64,000 nt of DNA, from the NCBI GenBank assembly GCA_037033465.1, contig JAZBLX010000002.1, positions 109,299 through 173,298 on the forward strand, given 5' to 3'. Under the pieces are notes generated by a model. That model had not been told where the DNA came from, ran no database searches, and saw only the letters and a program-made list of their open reading frames with translations. Every line of letters starts with the position of its first letter. Within the stretch, counting starts at the first letter, position 1. Shown piece by piece: positions 30,320 through 40,568 of this stretch. Position numbers and translations under genes: made by a program. Source of the DNA: Bacteroidota bacterium. Lineage in GTDB: Bacteria > Bacteroidota > Bacteroidia > Sphingobacteriales > Sphingobacteriaceae.

Positions 30320-31675
30320 TTAAAATGTTATCTGTTTCCCTAAGTAATAATCAATCACCTTTGCCCTGAATATTAAATCATATTTTGCTAAAATGAAATC
30401 TATTTCAGCTTTGTTTCTATTGGTTTGTGCCGTACTGAAATCTAAAGAATTTACCAAGCCAACATTATAGCGTTGCTCAATAACATAGAAGGCATCTTTC
30501 TGTGCTTCAAAAGCATTTTGTGTAGAGGTAAATCTGCTTTTTGCAGCATTTAAGTCGGCAACAGCCTGATTAATTACTTTAATCAGGTTATTTTTAGCTA
30601 ACGTTTCATCGTTTCGCCTTTGTAACAGTGTAATCTTCGCCCTTCGTACATTAGACCGGGTTTGGAATCCATTTAAAATTGGAACTGAAATACCCATACT
30701 CAGAAACTTACCGAAGTTATCTGATAGCTGACTACCGAAACCACCATTTTGGCGAAACTGACTGGCGTTAAACTGATAGTAATAAGCAGAACCCAAGCCA
30801 CCTCCGAAAGTGATCTGAGGAAAGAAACTTCCTCTTGCAACATCAACTCCTTTCTCCGCAGCTTTGGAGTAATTAATAGCTAATCTGATATCAGGAAAAC
30901 TTTCCATAGCTTGTTTATAGATATCGTTAGGTACATAAGTTGTTTTCAGGTTTTCGATTTCATTCACCAAAGGTGGTTGCACCTTAAACGTCATCGGAGG
31001 TTGAATTTCCATCAATTGCCCTAATGTTAAATACGATATCGCTAATTGATTTTGAGCATCTGTAAGATTTAATTCTGCAGTTGCTGATTGAGATTTCGCC
31101 TGTGATATGTCTGCCAAGGTTTTGTTACCTACATCTAATAAAGCCTGTTCGCGTTTTAATGTAGAATTTGCTACCTCAAGTTGCTGTTGCGTGGCCCTTA
31201 CCTGATCCTGATTATTTAATACCTGAAGATAAGCGGTTACAACCTGAAGAATTAAATCATTTTTTACTTTATCAATATTGGTTTTTCCAGCATCTAATAA
31301 GAATTTATTCTGTCTGATCTGATTGATCTTTGTTCCACCACCAAAAACAGCAACATTTGCATTAACAGTTGGACTTAAATTATAATTCTGAGTGTTTTCA
31401 AATAGACCAGATAACTGCTGACTCCTGCCCCATTGCATAGATTGATTGATAGTTCCGTTTAACGTAGGTAATAAGGCGTTTTTGGATTGTCTTAAATCTT
31501 CTTCACTGAGTGCAGCACTAAAAGCAGCTTGTTTTATATTCAGGTTATTTTTAAGCGTATTGTCAACAGCCTGTTCAATGGTAATAACCTCTTGAGCAGA
31601 AACAAGCTGACCTAAACTTAAGGCTAACAATAAAGCAGATCCGGTAATTAACTTATTCTTGGTAAACATCTTCAT
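30320..31675 (-). CDS. TolC-family outer-membrane efflux protein
   Basis: 451 aa with a signal peptide and two OEP repeats. It sits upstream of the adaptor in the same orientation. Confidence 0.88.
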   Translation of the reverse strand: MKMFTKNKLITGSALLLALSLGQLVSAQEVITIEQAVDNTLKNNLNIKQAAFSAALSEEDLRQSKNALLPTLNGTINQSMQWGRSQQLSGLFENTQNYNLSPTVNANVAVFGGGTKINQIRQNKFLLDAGKTNIDKVKNDLILQVVTAYLQVLNNQDQVRATQQQLEVANSTLKREQALLDVGNKTLADISQAKSQSATAELNLTDAQNQLAISYLTLGQLMEIQPPMTFKVQPPLVNEIENLKTTYVPNDIYKQAMESFPDIRLAINYSKAAEKGVDVARGSFFPQITFGGGLGSAYYYQFNASQFRQNGGFGSQLSDNFGKFLSMGISVPILNGFQTRSNVRRAKITLLQRRNDETLAKNNLIKVINQAVADLNAAKSRFTSTQNAFEAQKDAFYVIEQRYNVGLVNSLDFSTAQTNRNKAEIDFILAKYDLIFRAKVIDYYLGKQITF

Positions 31676-31749
31676 AATTTGGTTTCAAATCTATATAAAC
31701 GACTTTAATAATTTCAATCTGTTCAGGCATTTACTAACTTTGAAACTAA

Positions 31750-32427
31750 ATGTACCTGATCAAATCACCGCTTCTGCTAAAATGGTATTATCCATCATTA
31801 CTTTGGAATAAATCCCGCACCGAAAAAGTTATTTATTTGACCTTTGACGATGGACCTATACCCAATGTTACAGATTTTGTTTTAAAAACTTTAAAAGCCT
31901 TTAACGCAAAAGCTACATTTTTTTGCATCGGTGACAATATTGTTAAGCATCCCGACGTTTACGCGAATATCTTAAATGACGGACATGCCATCGGAAACCA
32001 TACTTTTAATCATTTAAAAGGCTGGAAAACCGATGATGAAACCTATATCCAAAACACTTTAAAATGCCAGGCACTTACGCAATCAAATCTTTTTCGCCCA
32101 CCTTACGGAAGGATCAAGAAGAGTCAGATTGCGAGTCTTCAGTCCTTAGTCCTTAATCCGAAGTCAGACTTTAGATTTGAGACTCCAGACTCCAAACTCA
32201 AGACTCCAGACTCAAGACTAGACATCATCATGTGGGATGTCCTGAGTGGCGATTTTGACATCAACTTATCTCCTGAAAAATGTTATCAAAACGTGATAAA
32301 TCATACCGAAAATGGTTCGATTATCGTATTTCATGATAGCTTAAAAGCATTTGACCGATTAGCATACGCATTGCCTCGGGCATTAAAATATTTTGCAGAT
32401 AAAGGTTTCGCTTTTTCAACGTTGTAG
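31750..32427 (+). CDS. Polysaccharide deacetylase (NodB/CE4 domain) carrying an in-frame repeat insertion
   Basis: CE4 motifs LTFDDGP, GNHTFNH, RPPYG, IIMWDV and VFHDS are present. About 20 extra residues with the 7-aa repeat TPDSKLK TPDSRLD lie between RPPYG and IIMWDV. Confidence 0.8.
   Translation: MYLIKSPLLLKWYYPSLLWNKSRTEKVIYLTFDDGPIPNVTDFVLKTLKAFNAKATFFCIGDNIVKHPDVYANILNDGHAIGNHTFNHLKGWKTDDETYIQNTLKCQALTQSNLFRPPYGRIKKSQIASLQSLVLNPKSDFRFETPDSKLKTPDSRLDIIMWDVLSGDFDINLSPEKCYQNVINHTENGSIIVFHDSLKAFDRLAYALPRALKYFADKGFAFSTL
32133..32223 (+). repeat. Heptamer-phased repeat lying inside the deacetylase CDS
   Basis: GAGTCTT CAGTCCT TAGTCCT TAATCCG AAGTCAG ACTTTAG ATTTGAG ACTCCAG ACTCCAA ACTCAAG ACTCCAG ACTCAAG ACTAGAC. 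ACTCN words fall at exact 7-nt spacing six times. Left-arm AGTCYTT words complement right-arm AAGACT words. Confidence 0.8.
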
Positions 32428-32710
32428 CCGTGAGCGATTGTTATGCCACTAAAAAGATAGTGCTATCGCGCAACCTGAATGAAGATTTATCAAAAGCACA
32501 ATTCTTAGAACGTTCGGAATCGAACAACACCGTCCGGTATTGAACAGTGATCTGATATGATAAAAAGCAACAGGCAAAATTCACATTCAACATTTATTTA
32601 GAATATTTCCAAATAATACAATGATCTCAGGATGACCTACCGTAGAACATTTTTTTCGTAAATTCGCAGCTAGTAGAATAGAAGTATTACCTTTTAACCA
32701 ATAAAAATCG

Positions 32711-34993
32711 ATGGCTTTTGACATAGACATGATTAAAAAGGTTTATGCAAACTTCGGCCCTCGTGTAGATGCGGCCCGTAAGATTGTTGGCAGACCTTTA
32801 ACATTATCAGAAAAAATATTATATGCTCACCTTTGGGATGGTGATCCTAGAAAAGCATTCTCTCGCGGAACGGATTATGTAGATTTCGCACCAGATCGCG
32901 TTGCAATGCAAGATGCAACGGCTCAAATGGCACTTTTGCAGTTTATGCAAGCTGGTCGTCCACAAGTAGCTGTTCCTTCTACGGTTCATTGTGATCACTT
33001 AATTACAGCTAAAGAAGGTGCATCAATAGATTTACCTCACGCCAGAACAGAAAGTGCTGAAGTTTTTGATTTCTTATCTTCTGTATCAAATAAATATGGT
33101 ATCGGTTTCTGGAAACCAGGAGCAGGTATTATTCACCAGGTAGTTTTAGAAAATTATGCTTTCCCGGGCGGAATGATGATTGGAACCGATTCACACACAG
33201 TTAATGCTGGTGGTTTGGGTATGGTTGCAATTGGTGTTGGTGGTGCGGATGCCTGTGATGTAATGGCGGGTTTACCATGGGAACTTAAATTCCCTAAGTT
33301 AATCGGTGTAAAATTAACGGGTAAATTAAACGGCTGGACTGCTGCTAAAGACGTAATTCTTAAAGTTGCCGGTATCTTAACTGTAAAAGGCGGTACGGGT
33401 GCAATTGTAGAATATTTTGGTGATGGCGCAATCAATTTAAGCTGTACTGGTAAAGGTACTATCTGTAACATGGGTGCTGAAATTGGTGCAACTACTTCTA
33501 CTTTTGGTTATGATGAGAGCATGGAACGTTATTTACGCTCTACTGATCGTAACGAAGTTGCTGACGAAGCCAACAAAATAAAAGAATATTTAACAGGTGA
33601 TAGCGAAGTTTATGCTAATCCTGAAAACTATTTCGATCAGGTTATTGAGATTGATTTAGATACATTAGAGCCCTATTTAAATGGTCCTTTCACACCAGAT
33701 TTAGCAACTCCGGTTTCTCAAATGAAAGTGGAAGCTGAGAAAAATGGCTGGCCATTAAAAGTAGAATGGGGTTTGATCGGTTCTTGTACCAACTCTTCTT
33801 ACGAAGATTTGTCAAGAGCAGCATCAATCGCTAATCAGGCTATTGCAAAAGGTTTAGTTACTAAAGCTGATTTTGGAATTAACCCGGGATCTGAGCAAGT
33901 ACGTTACACCGCAGATCGCGATGGTTTCTTAAAAACTTTCGAAGATTTAAATGCAACAATCTTTACCAATGCCTGCGGACCATGTATTGGTATGTGGGAT
34001 AGAACAGGTGCAGAAAAAGCAGAGAAAAATACGATCGTTCACTCATTCAATAGAAACTTTGCAAAACGTGCAGATGGTAATCCTAATACATTCGCATTTG
34101 TTGCTTCACCAGAAATGGTTGCGGCAATTGCAATTGCTGGTGATTTAGGTTTCAACCCACTAACAGATACGTTAACAAACGATAAAGGCGAGCAAATTAA
34201 ACTGGATCCACCTACGGGAGATGAGTTACCTACAAAAGGTTTCGCTGTAGAAGATGCAGGTTTTCAGGCACCGGCAGCTGATGGCTCATCAGTTGAGGTT
34301 TTAGTTTCTCCAACTTCTCACCGTTTACAATTGTTAGATCCATTTAAACCTTGGGAAGGCACAGACTTAACAGGTTTAAAACTTTTAATTAAAGCTAAAG
34401 GTAAGTGTACAACGGATCATATTTCTATGGCTGGTCCTTGGTTAAAATTCCGTGGTCACCTGGATAACATTTCTAACAACATGTTAATAGGTGCCGTGAA
34501 TTACTTCAACGACAAAACCGATAACGTTAAAAATGAATTAACCGGCGAATACGGACCGGTTCCTGCTACTCAGCGTGATTACAAAGCAGCTGGTTTTGGT
34601 TCTATCGTAATTGGCGATGAAAACTATGGTGAAGGTTCATCTCGTGAGCATGCTGCTATGGAACCTCGTCACCTAGGCGTTCGTGCGGTATTGGTAAAGT
34701 CTTTTGCCCGTATTCATGAAACCAACCTGAAAAAACAAGGGATGCTTGGTTTAACCTTCGCTGATAAAGATGATTATGATAAAATCTTAGAAGGAGATAT
34801 TGTTGATATTTTAGGCCTGACAGAATTTGCGCCAGACAAACCACTTACTTTGGTATTACACCATGCAGATGGCTCTGAAGAGCAATTCCCTGTTAACCAC
34901 AGTTATAATGCACAACAAATCGACTGGTTCAAAGCCGGTGGTGCGTTAAACATTATCAGAGCTGAAGCTGCTGCAAAAGCGGCGGTTTTATAG
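32711..34993 (+). CDS. acnA: Aconitate hydratase (monomeric, about 760 aa type)
   Basis: Fe-S ligand regions GTDSHT, GSCTNSS and NACGPCIG, and the C-terminal swivel domain. Confidence 0.9.
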   Translation: MAFDIDMIKKVYANFGPRVDAARKIVGRPLTLSEKILYAHLWDGDPRKAFSRGTDYVDFAPDRVAMQDATAQMALLQFMQAGRPQVAVPSTVHCDHLITAKEGASIDLPHARTESAEVFDFLSSVSNKYGIGFWKPGAGIIHQVVLENYAFPGGMMIGTDSHTVNAGGLGMVAIGVGGADACDVMAGLPWELKFPKLIGVKLTGKLNGWTAAKDVILKVAGILTVKGGTGAIVEYFGDGAINLSCTGKGTICNMGAEIGATTSTFGYDESMERYLRSTDRNEVADEANKIKEYLTGDSEVYANPENYFDQVIEIDLDTLEPYLNGPFTPDLATPVSQMKVEAEKNGWPLKVEWGLIGSCTNSSYEDLSRAASIANQAIAKGLVTKADFGINPGSEQVRYTADRDGFLKTFEDLNATIFTNACGPCIGMWDRTGAEKAEKNTIVHSFNRNFAKRADGNPNTFAFVASPEMVAAIAIAGDLGFNPLTDTLTNDKGEQIKLDPPTGDELPTKGFAVEDAGFQAPAADGSSVEVLVSPTSHRLQLLDPFKPWEGTDLTGLKLLIKAKGKCTTDHISMAGPWLKFRGHLDNISNNMLIGAVNYFNDKTDNVKNELTGEYGPVPATQRDYKAAGFGSIVIGDENYGEGSSREHAAMEPRHLGVRAVLVKSFARIHETNLKKQGMLGLTFADKDDYDKILEGDIVDILGLTEFAPDKPLTLVLHHADGSEEQFPVNHSYNAQQIDWFKAGGALNIIRAEAAAKAAVL

Positions 34994-35028
34994 AATAAAG
35001 ATAAAGGAGCAAGGAATAAAGACTGTAA
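34994..35028 (+). repeat. Short purine-rich heptamer block directly after the acnA stop
   Basis: AATAAAG ATAAAGG AGCAAGG AATAAAG ACTGTAA, five units. Confidence 0.45.
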
Positions 35029-35061
35029 GTTGACTATTCATAGTTCCTTATCACATCAAGA

Positions 35062-35098
35062 AAATCCCGTTTTGAGTAAAATCGAAACGGGATTTTTT
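35062..35098 (+). terminator. Intrinsic terminator after acnA
   Basis: AAATCCCGTTT pairs with AAACGGGATTT, followed by T6. Confidence 0.85.
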
Positions 35099-35269
35099 GT
35101 TAAAGAAGGTGGCGATATCAATATAATCCAACTTAAGTCCATTCCTAACGTTACTAACTTTAACCTATCACCAGACTATTAAAAGGTAGCAACTTTAACT
35201 GAAGAAAGATAACTCCACTTATTTAATCCTTATAAAGTTGCATTCTTCGTCTGCGGAAAATAATCAGCA

Positions 35270-35800
35270 TTATTTTTCTCTTTCCCAAAAAATCATTTCT
35301 TCGTTCCTGTTTAATTCACTGAATTCAAATTTCTGCAAGATCTTTTGCGACCCAGAATTCGAGATTAAACAACTGGCAGTAATGGAATTAACATTAGGTT
35401 GATTAAATGCCCACTGAATGAGGGCCTGAACGGTTTCTGCTGCAAATCCTTGCATGCGCTCAGTCGCAATTATAGCATAGCCAATATCTATAGTTCCTGC
35501 TGCACTGGGCTGACCTTTAAAACCAACATCACCGATAATAACAAAACCATCCTTTTTTACAATTAACCAGGATTCAAATCCAGTTGGACGAGTGGCAAGC
35601 GCTAGATTTTTCTTAATCTTTGGAAATGTTTCTAAAGCATCTTTATCAGGCCATCCATTGCCATAAATAAATCTGTTGGCTTTCAATAATGCACCACCTT
35701 CATGCTCTATCGAATCTAAAATTTCTGCACTGAAAGGAATTAAGATCAATCGCTCCGTATATATAAAGGCGATCCCTGCTTGTAAATTTTCCAAGCCCAA
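35270..35800 (-). CDS. GNAT-family N-acetyltransferase (RimJ/RimL-like)
   Basis: 176 aa. TERLILIPFS N-terminus and acetyl-CoA-binding-like region RMQGFAAETV. Confidence 0.7.
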   Translation of the reverse strand: MGLENLQAGIAFIYTERLILIPFSAEILDSIEHEGGALLKANRFIYGNGWPDKDALETFPKIKKNLALATRPTGFESWLIVKKDGFVIIGDVGFKGQPSAAGTIDIGYAIIATERMQGFAAETVQALIQWAFNQPNVNSITASCLISNSGSQKILQKFEFSELNRNEEMIFWEREK

Positions 35801-35971
35801 TATTACAAGTATTTTAATAAACCAGAAACCTCAGACTATAATTATAAATTATAAATCAAGTTACCAACTGTTACCTGCCGCCATACTATTAAAGATTAAA
35901 GCTGTACAACATTGAATTCTTGATTGGATTATAAATTCCAAACAGTAAAGAACATCAACAGGAAAACATAT

Positions 35972-37309
35972 CTAGTTCCTCAGAAATTCCTGCCACCAAT
36001 ATCCCGAATATTTAATTGTTCTGGCTAAAGTTTTAAAATCGGTATGAACCAAGCCAAACCGTGCGTTAAATCCCTCTGCCCATTCAAAGTTATCCATCAA
36101 AGTCCAGGCCATGTAACCAGTGATATTGATTCCTTCCTTCTTTGCTTTAAGCATGGCCGTTAAATATAGATCGAAATATTCAATACGTTCGGCATCGATA
36201 ACCTTGCCATTGGTAAGTTTATCATGATATGCTGCACCGTTCTCGGTAATCATCAGGTTTTTAATGTTAGGGTAGGCAGCAAATTGTTTAATGATCCGAT
36301 AGAAGCTTTCCGCATTAATCTCCCATCCCATGGCGGTATGTGGTTTTTTCCTACTTTTGGCCTTAATTTCCCAGGCTTGAATGACTGGTATAAAAGCATT
36401 GTATTTTACAGTTAAAGGGAAGTAGTTTTGAAGGCCGATAAAATCAAATTCAAATTTCATCCGATCATTTAAACGCCAGGTGCCGTATTCTATCTGAAAT
36501 TTTTCCAGCACATCCCAGTTGGAGGTAGGAAAACCCAAGCCCTGTGCTGGCTCTACAAATAACCTGTTCATCAGGCAATCTATCCGGTTTGCCGCCTGGA
36601 TATCATTGTCGCTTTGGGTATAAGGAATAATCTCTGAGCAAGAGTATGTAGTACCGATATTGGCTTCACTCACTTCGGCTCTTAAGATCTTCCCACCTTC
36701 GGCCTGCGCAATTGCGGTATGAAGAACTGCAGGAAAAAAGTTGCTTAATCCGCTTTTTCCAGGAGCATGAATCCCCAGCATATAGCCAAGCGATGTAAAG
36801 CCAAATGGCTCATTAAGTACCAGCCAGTTTTTAACCTTATCACCATATTCTTTAGCACAAATACTCACAAAAGAATTGAATGCAGCGTTGATGCTGAAAC
36901 TGGTCCAGCCGCCTTCATCCTCAAGCGCCTGCGGCAAATCCCAATGGTATAACGTAACATAAGGAACAATCCCTTGTGTGAGGCATTCATCAATCACGTT
37001 ATGATAAAACCTGATTCCTTCCTGGTTAACCTCCCCCCTGCCTGTAGGTAAGATTCTTGCCCATGCAATAGAAAACCTAAACACTTCAAAACCTAGCAGC
37101 TTAACAAGTGCAATATCTTCGTGATATTGATGGTAAAAATCGCAGGCGATATCCAGTTTATGTCCCTTTTTAATTTTGCCACTTCTTGCAGAAAAGGTAT
37201 CCCAAATGGATGCACCTTTGCCATATAGCTGCGAAGCACCTTCAATCTGCGGTGCAGCAGTCGCTACGCCCCACAAAAAATCTTTTCCAAAATCACTTGC
37301 TTTGATCAT
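35972..37309 (-). CDS. GH1-family beta-glucosidase
   Basis: 445 aa. FLWGVATAAPQIEG, acid/base LNEP and nucleophile ITENG motifs. Confidence 0.9.
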   Translation of the reverse strand: MIKASDFGKDFLWGVATAAPQIEGASQLYGKGASIWDTFSARSGKIKKGHKLDIACDFYHQYHEDIALVKLLGFEVFRFSIAWARILPTGRGEVNQEGIRFYHNVIDECLTQGIVPYVTLYHWDLPQALEDEGGWTSFSINAAFNSFVSICAKEYGDKVKNWLVLNEPFGFTSLGYMLGIHAPGKSGLSNFFPAVLHTAIAQAEGGKILRAEVSEANIGTTYSCSEIIPYTQSDNDIQAANRIDCLMNRLFVEPAQGLGFPTSNWDVLEKFQIEYGTWRLNDRMKFEFDFIGLQNYFPLTVKYNAFIPVIQAWEIKAKSRKKPHTAMGWEINAESFYRIIKQFAAYPNIKNLMITENGAAYHDKLTNGKVIDAERIEYFDLYLTAMLKAKKEGINITGYMAWTLMDNFEWAEGFNARFGLVHTDFKTLARTIKYSGYWWQEFLRN

Positions 37310-37409
37310 CTTGTCAATTGATTGACCGTAAGTTGCAAGTTTACTATTAAGAAATCATTAACAATTGAAATTGGATGGAAAGTTTTTCAATGCTTGATCG
37401 CTTTAAAAC

Positions 37410-39224
37410 TTATGACAATGATAATCCAATCTCTTTTAGCAAAATAGCGGCATTAAACGTAGAACAAGGACCTTGCTTCAGCTTGTAATCAAACTTCATC
37501 TCTCCTGCTGTAATTTGAATATCAAAGTGAAAATTTCGAAGCGTTTTTTCATGATCATTTTTAAGGTCTGCCAACTGCAAATCGTGGGTAGCAAACAAGC
37601 CAGGAGTCCTTTCCGCAATCAGTTTTTCTACAAAAACTTTAGATCCTAAATATTTGTCGCGGCTATTCGTTCCCCGCAACATCTCATCAATTAATACAAA
37701 CGTATCTTTATCATTTACCACATGATCCAGAATCATTTTTAGACGATTCAACTCTGCCTTAAATGTAGATGTACTCTCATTCAGCGAATCTTTAATCCGC
37801 ATGTAGGTATTAATTGAGAAAACCGAAAGACTCATGGCTTCGGCACATACCGGGGCACCTATGTAAGCCAAAACCATATTTATGCCTAACGTACGTAGAA
37901 AGGTGCTTTTGCCCGCCATGTTTGATCCTGTAACAATATCTACTGTTGGTTGGTTCTCCAGGCTGAAGGTATTGTTTACCCGAATATCCGGAGCAATTAA
38001 TGGATGGCCAATCTCCTTTGTAGTCAGCTTAAATTCGTTAGTAATTTCGGGAAAAACCCAAGCCGGTTCGTTATGCACCAAAGTTGCAAGGGAGATTAAT
38101 TCCTCAAAATCGCCCAGGTGGTTCAATGCAGAAATCACATCTTTTGATGAGGACTGATACCAGCGATCAAGACTAATACAGCATTTCAGGTCCCATAACA
38201 GTAATGCGTTCAGTGCCGTGCCAACCACAATATTCAACCGGGCATCGAAACTTTGAATAATCTTCGAAAGATTTTTGATTTCAACACTTACCGGCATTTT
38301 AGATTGAAATAAAGCTAAAATGTAAGGGCTGGTCCATTGCTGTTTTTCCGTCCATAAAATGGCATCTGCATAACCATTAAGCAAGTTTGATCCACCGCCA
38401 AAACTATAGAATACCTTATTTATCTTCGAATTTTGCAGTACAATGAAGCCTATATTAATAATTAAATAAAGCGTCAGGATGTTCCAAAACGCACTGTTTA
38501 CGAAAATTGCAGCCAGAATAATTGCGGCAGAGATATATGGTACAACTGCAACATAAAATTTCAGCAACTTATTTCGAACAAATTTAAGCTGTTCGCCTAG
38601 TTGAGACTTCAACTGAAGTTTAATCTGTTCAATTTTATCAACATCATGACCGTAAAGATTTGCCCTAAAATCGAATGTATCCTCAATTTTGGTATGCATT
38701 TCCCTTACCGCTTCCTGACGTCCCAGGATTTGATGCTTTGCTAATTTCTCTGCCAGATTTTTTGCCAATAATTCTTTTCCATTTTTGGTATAACACCGAT
38801 TCAGCAAACCATATAAAGAGGCATGACCAAAAATATCAAGATCTGATGTATAAGGATGTGTTTCCGACTGGAAAGCTTTGCCATGGTTATAACCATTTGC
38901 AATGCCATTAAGCACATTCCATTCATTCTGATAAACCCAGAGTAATTGTTTCTGGTAATCAATTTCCCGATCAAGTTTACTTTGCTTTTTTACGATGATC
39001 GCAAAAGCAAAAACTGGCAGAATTAATAAAATCTGCACGAGTGTTCTCCATTCATCATCTGCGGAGTTCAGCAGCAGAATAAAAAACAAAATCTCGGCAA
39101 GGAATAGTCCTATGCGTGCAAAAGAAAGCTGATCGATCAGTTTTTTAGTTTGATCGATCCGACTATTTACCTCATTAACTTTTTGGCTGTAGCCAGATAT
39201 TATTTGTGCTTGCGTATTTAACAT
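37410..39224 (-). CDS. MutS-related protein (membrane-anchored, MutS domain V ATPase only)
   Basis: 604 aa. N-terminal and central TM helices. C-terminal Walker A GSNMAGKST and DEMLRGTN (MutS ABC ATPase signature). Confidence 0.8.
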   Translation of the reverse strand: MLNTQAQIISGYSQKVNEVNSRIDQTKKLIDQLSFARIGLFLAEILFFILLLNSADDEWRTLVQILLILPVFAFAIIVKKQSKLDREIDYQKQLLWVYQNEWNVLNGIANGYNHGKAFQSETHPYTSDLDIFGHASLYGLLNRCYTKNGKELLAKNLAEKLAKHQILGRQEAVREMHTKIEDTFDFRANLYGHDVDKIEQIKLQLKSQLGEQLKFVRNKLLKFYVAVVPYISAAIILAAIFVNSAFWNILTLYLIINIGFIVLQNSKINKVFYSFGGGSNLLNGYADAILWTEKQQWTSPYILALFQSKMPVSVEIKNLSKIIQSFDARLNIVVGTALNALLLWDLKCCISLDRWYQSSSKDVISALNHLGDFEELISLATLVHNEPAWVFPEITNEFKLTTKEIGHPLIAPDIRVNNTFSLENQPTVDIVTGSNMAGKSTFLRTLGINMVLAYIGAPVCAEAMSLSVFSINTYMRIKDSLNESTSTFKAELNRLKMILDHVVNDKDTFVLIDEMLRGTNSRDKYLGSKVFVEKLIAERTPGLFATHDLQLADLKNDHEKTLRNFHFDIQITAGEMKFDYKLKQGPCSTFNAAILLKEIGLSLS

Positions 39225-39267
39225 TATCTTTGAATCGCGGAAAATTCTAAAGATAACAAAATATTAA

Positions 39268-39741
39268 ATGAAGATCACTTTAATAGCCATTGGCAAAACC
39301 GAGGATAAGTATTTGATTGAGGGGATTGATAAGTACATTAACCGCCTGAAACATTATATCAATTTCAGTTTTCTGCCAATTCCTGATGTCAAAAATGTAA
39401 AAAACCTGAGTGAAGCACAGCAAAAAAATAAAGAGGCAGAGCTTTTGCACAAACAAATTAATAATGGTGATGTTGTAATTTTATTGGATGAAAAGGGCAA
39501 AAAGTACAGTTCGGTAGATTTTTCAAACTACTTAAATAAGCAAATGATCGGAAGTGTGCAGCACCTCATTTTTATTATCGGAGGGCCTTACGGTTTCGAT
39601 GATAGCATTTATAAAAGGGCGAATGGTTTAATCTCATTGTCTGACATGACTTTCTCCCATCAAATGATCAGGTTATTTTTTGTTGAGCAACTGTATCGAG
39701 GATTCAGTATTTTAAAGGGCGAACCTTATCATCATGCGTAA
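39268..39741 (+). CDS. rlmH: 23S rRNA (pseudouridine1915-N3)-methyltransferase RlmH
   Basis: 157 aa SPOUT fold. IGGPYG, and the C-terminal HQ..R....EQ.YR......G..YH. Confidence 0.9.
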   Translation: MKITLIAIGKTEDKYLIEGIDKYINRLKHYINFSFLPIPDVKNVKNLSEAQQKNKEAELLHKQINNGDVVILLDEKGKKYSSVDFSNYLNKQMIGSVQHLIFIIGGPYGFDDSIYKRANGLISLSDMTFSHQMIRLFFVEQLYRGFSILKGEPYHHA

Positions 39742-39783
39742 GATGGATGAAGGGGAATGGAAGATGGGAAATAGGAAATGGAA
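39742..39783 (+). repeat. Purine-rich heptamer block directly after the rlmH stop
   Basis: GATGGAT GAAGGGG AATGGAA GATGGGA AATAGGA AATGGAA. Same GGAAAT/GGAATGG word family as the kdp and lpxB spacers. Confidence 0.65.
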
Positions 39784-39837
39784 TTTTGACAATTGATATG
39801 GATTTACTATTCATTCATCATCATTAAATAAAAAGAT

Positions 39838-39960
39838 ATGTTAGATAAATATAAACGCCAATACCGATATAGAAGTAATCAAAGTGGCAACAACAAAATG
39901 TTATGGATTAGCATCATCATTTCACTGGTGATTGTGGTGATTCTTTACTATTTCTTTTAA
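39838..39960 (+). CDS. Possible small membrane protein (40 aa, or 20 aa from the internal ATG)
   Basis: MLDKYKRQYRYRSNQSGNNKMLWISIIISLVIVVILYYFF: a basic N-terminus plus one TM helix. It ends 3 nt before a strong terminator. No homology evidence is available. Confidence 0.3.
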   Translation: MLDKYKRQYRYRSNQSGNNKMLWISIIISLVIVVILYYFF

Positions 39961-39962
39961 AC

Positions 39963-39995
39963 AAAAAAACACCAAACAAATTGCTTGGTGTTTTT
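39963..39995. terminator. Bidirectional intrinsic terminator
   Basis: CACCAA (39970-75) pairs with TTGGTG (39985-90), with an A7 run before and T5 after. It lies between convergent transcription units. Confidence 0.7.
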
Positions 39996-40013
39996 AAAAT
40001 TTATTAAAAAAGC

Positions 40014-40556
40014 TTAAACGCCTTTTTTACTTGTCATACTTGCTTTCTTAGCAGGTGCTGAAGTTTTTGTAGTGGCTTTAGCACTTGCAGAACCTTTAGC
40101 ACTTGAAGCTTTCTGCTTTTTATCGGCAGCAACTTTTTCTTCAGCTAAGCTTACTTCTGCAGGAGAACCTGGAGTTTCAGGCGTTTCTTCAGTAAATAAA
40201 GGCAAATCTTTCAATAAGTTATACCAGGTAATGATCTTCTTCATATCAGAAGCATATACTTTCTCCTGATCGTGGCCAGGTGCAACTTCCAGGAAGTATG
40301 AACGTAAATCACCTTTTAAATCTGGTGTACTTCCTTTCTCAGAAATTTTAGTGAAGATATCAGATAATTTAATTTCTTCATCTTCTCCATATACGGTAAT
40401 ATCTTCTAATGAAGCTAATTTCGTATTGGTGATATTGGCTACAACTTTAGTTTTTTGAGCATCTAAACCCTCTAAAATGTAACCAACTTTATTTTGTCCA
40501 ACCAGTTTAAATAATCCTGGTCTGCCAGATACGGCAACAATTCCTCTTAAGTTCAT
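40014..40556 (-). CDS. DUF5606-like conserved Bacteroidota protein with a Lys/Ala/Ser-rich basic tail
   Basis: Start at MNLRGIVAVSGRPGLFKLVGQNK.GYILE. C-terminal tail KKQKASSAKGSASAKATTKTSAPAKKASMTSKKGV. Confidence 0.6.
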   Translation of the reverse strand: MNLRGIVAVSGRPGLFKLVGQNKVGYILEGLDAQKTKVVANITNTKLASLEDITVYGEDEEIKLSDIFTKISEKGSTPDLKGDLRSYFLEVAPGHDQEKVYASDMKKIITWYNLLKDLPLFTEETPETPGSPAEVSLAEEKVAADKKQKASSAKGSASAKATTKTSAPAKKASMTSKKGV

Positions 40557-40568
40557 AATATTTTTTTT

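Noticed and set aside
32505-32530. tRNA-like GTTCGATTCC (T-loop-like) sequence on the minus strand upstream of acnA
   Set aside because: The flanking bases do not form a T-stem (only 1 of 5 pairs). No acceptor or anticodon arms could be built.
35110-35230. Possible additional heptamer element downstream of the GNAT gene (TAACTTTAAC repeated 35 nt apart)
   Set aside because: The register is weak and the words are poorly repeated, so it is not counted among the ten confident loci.
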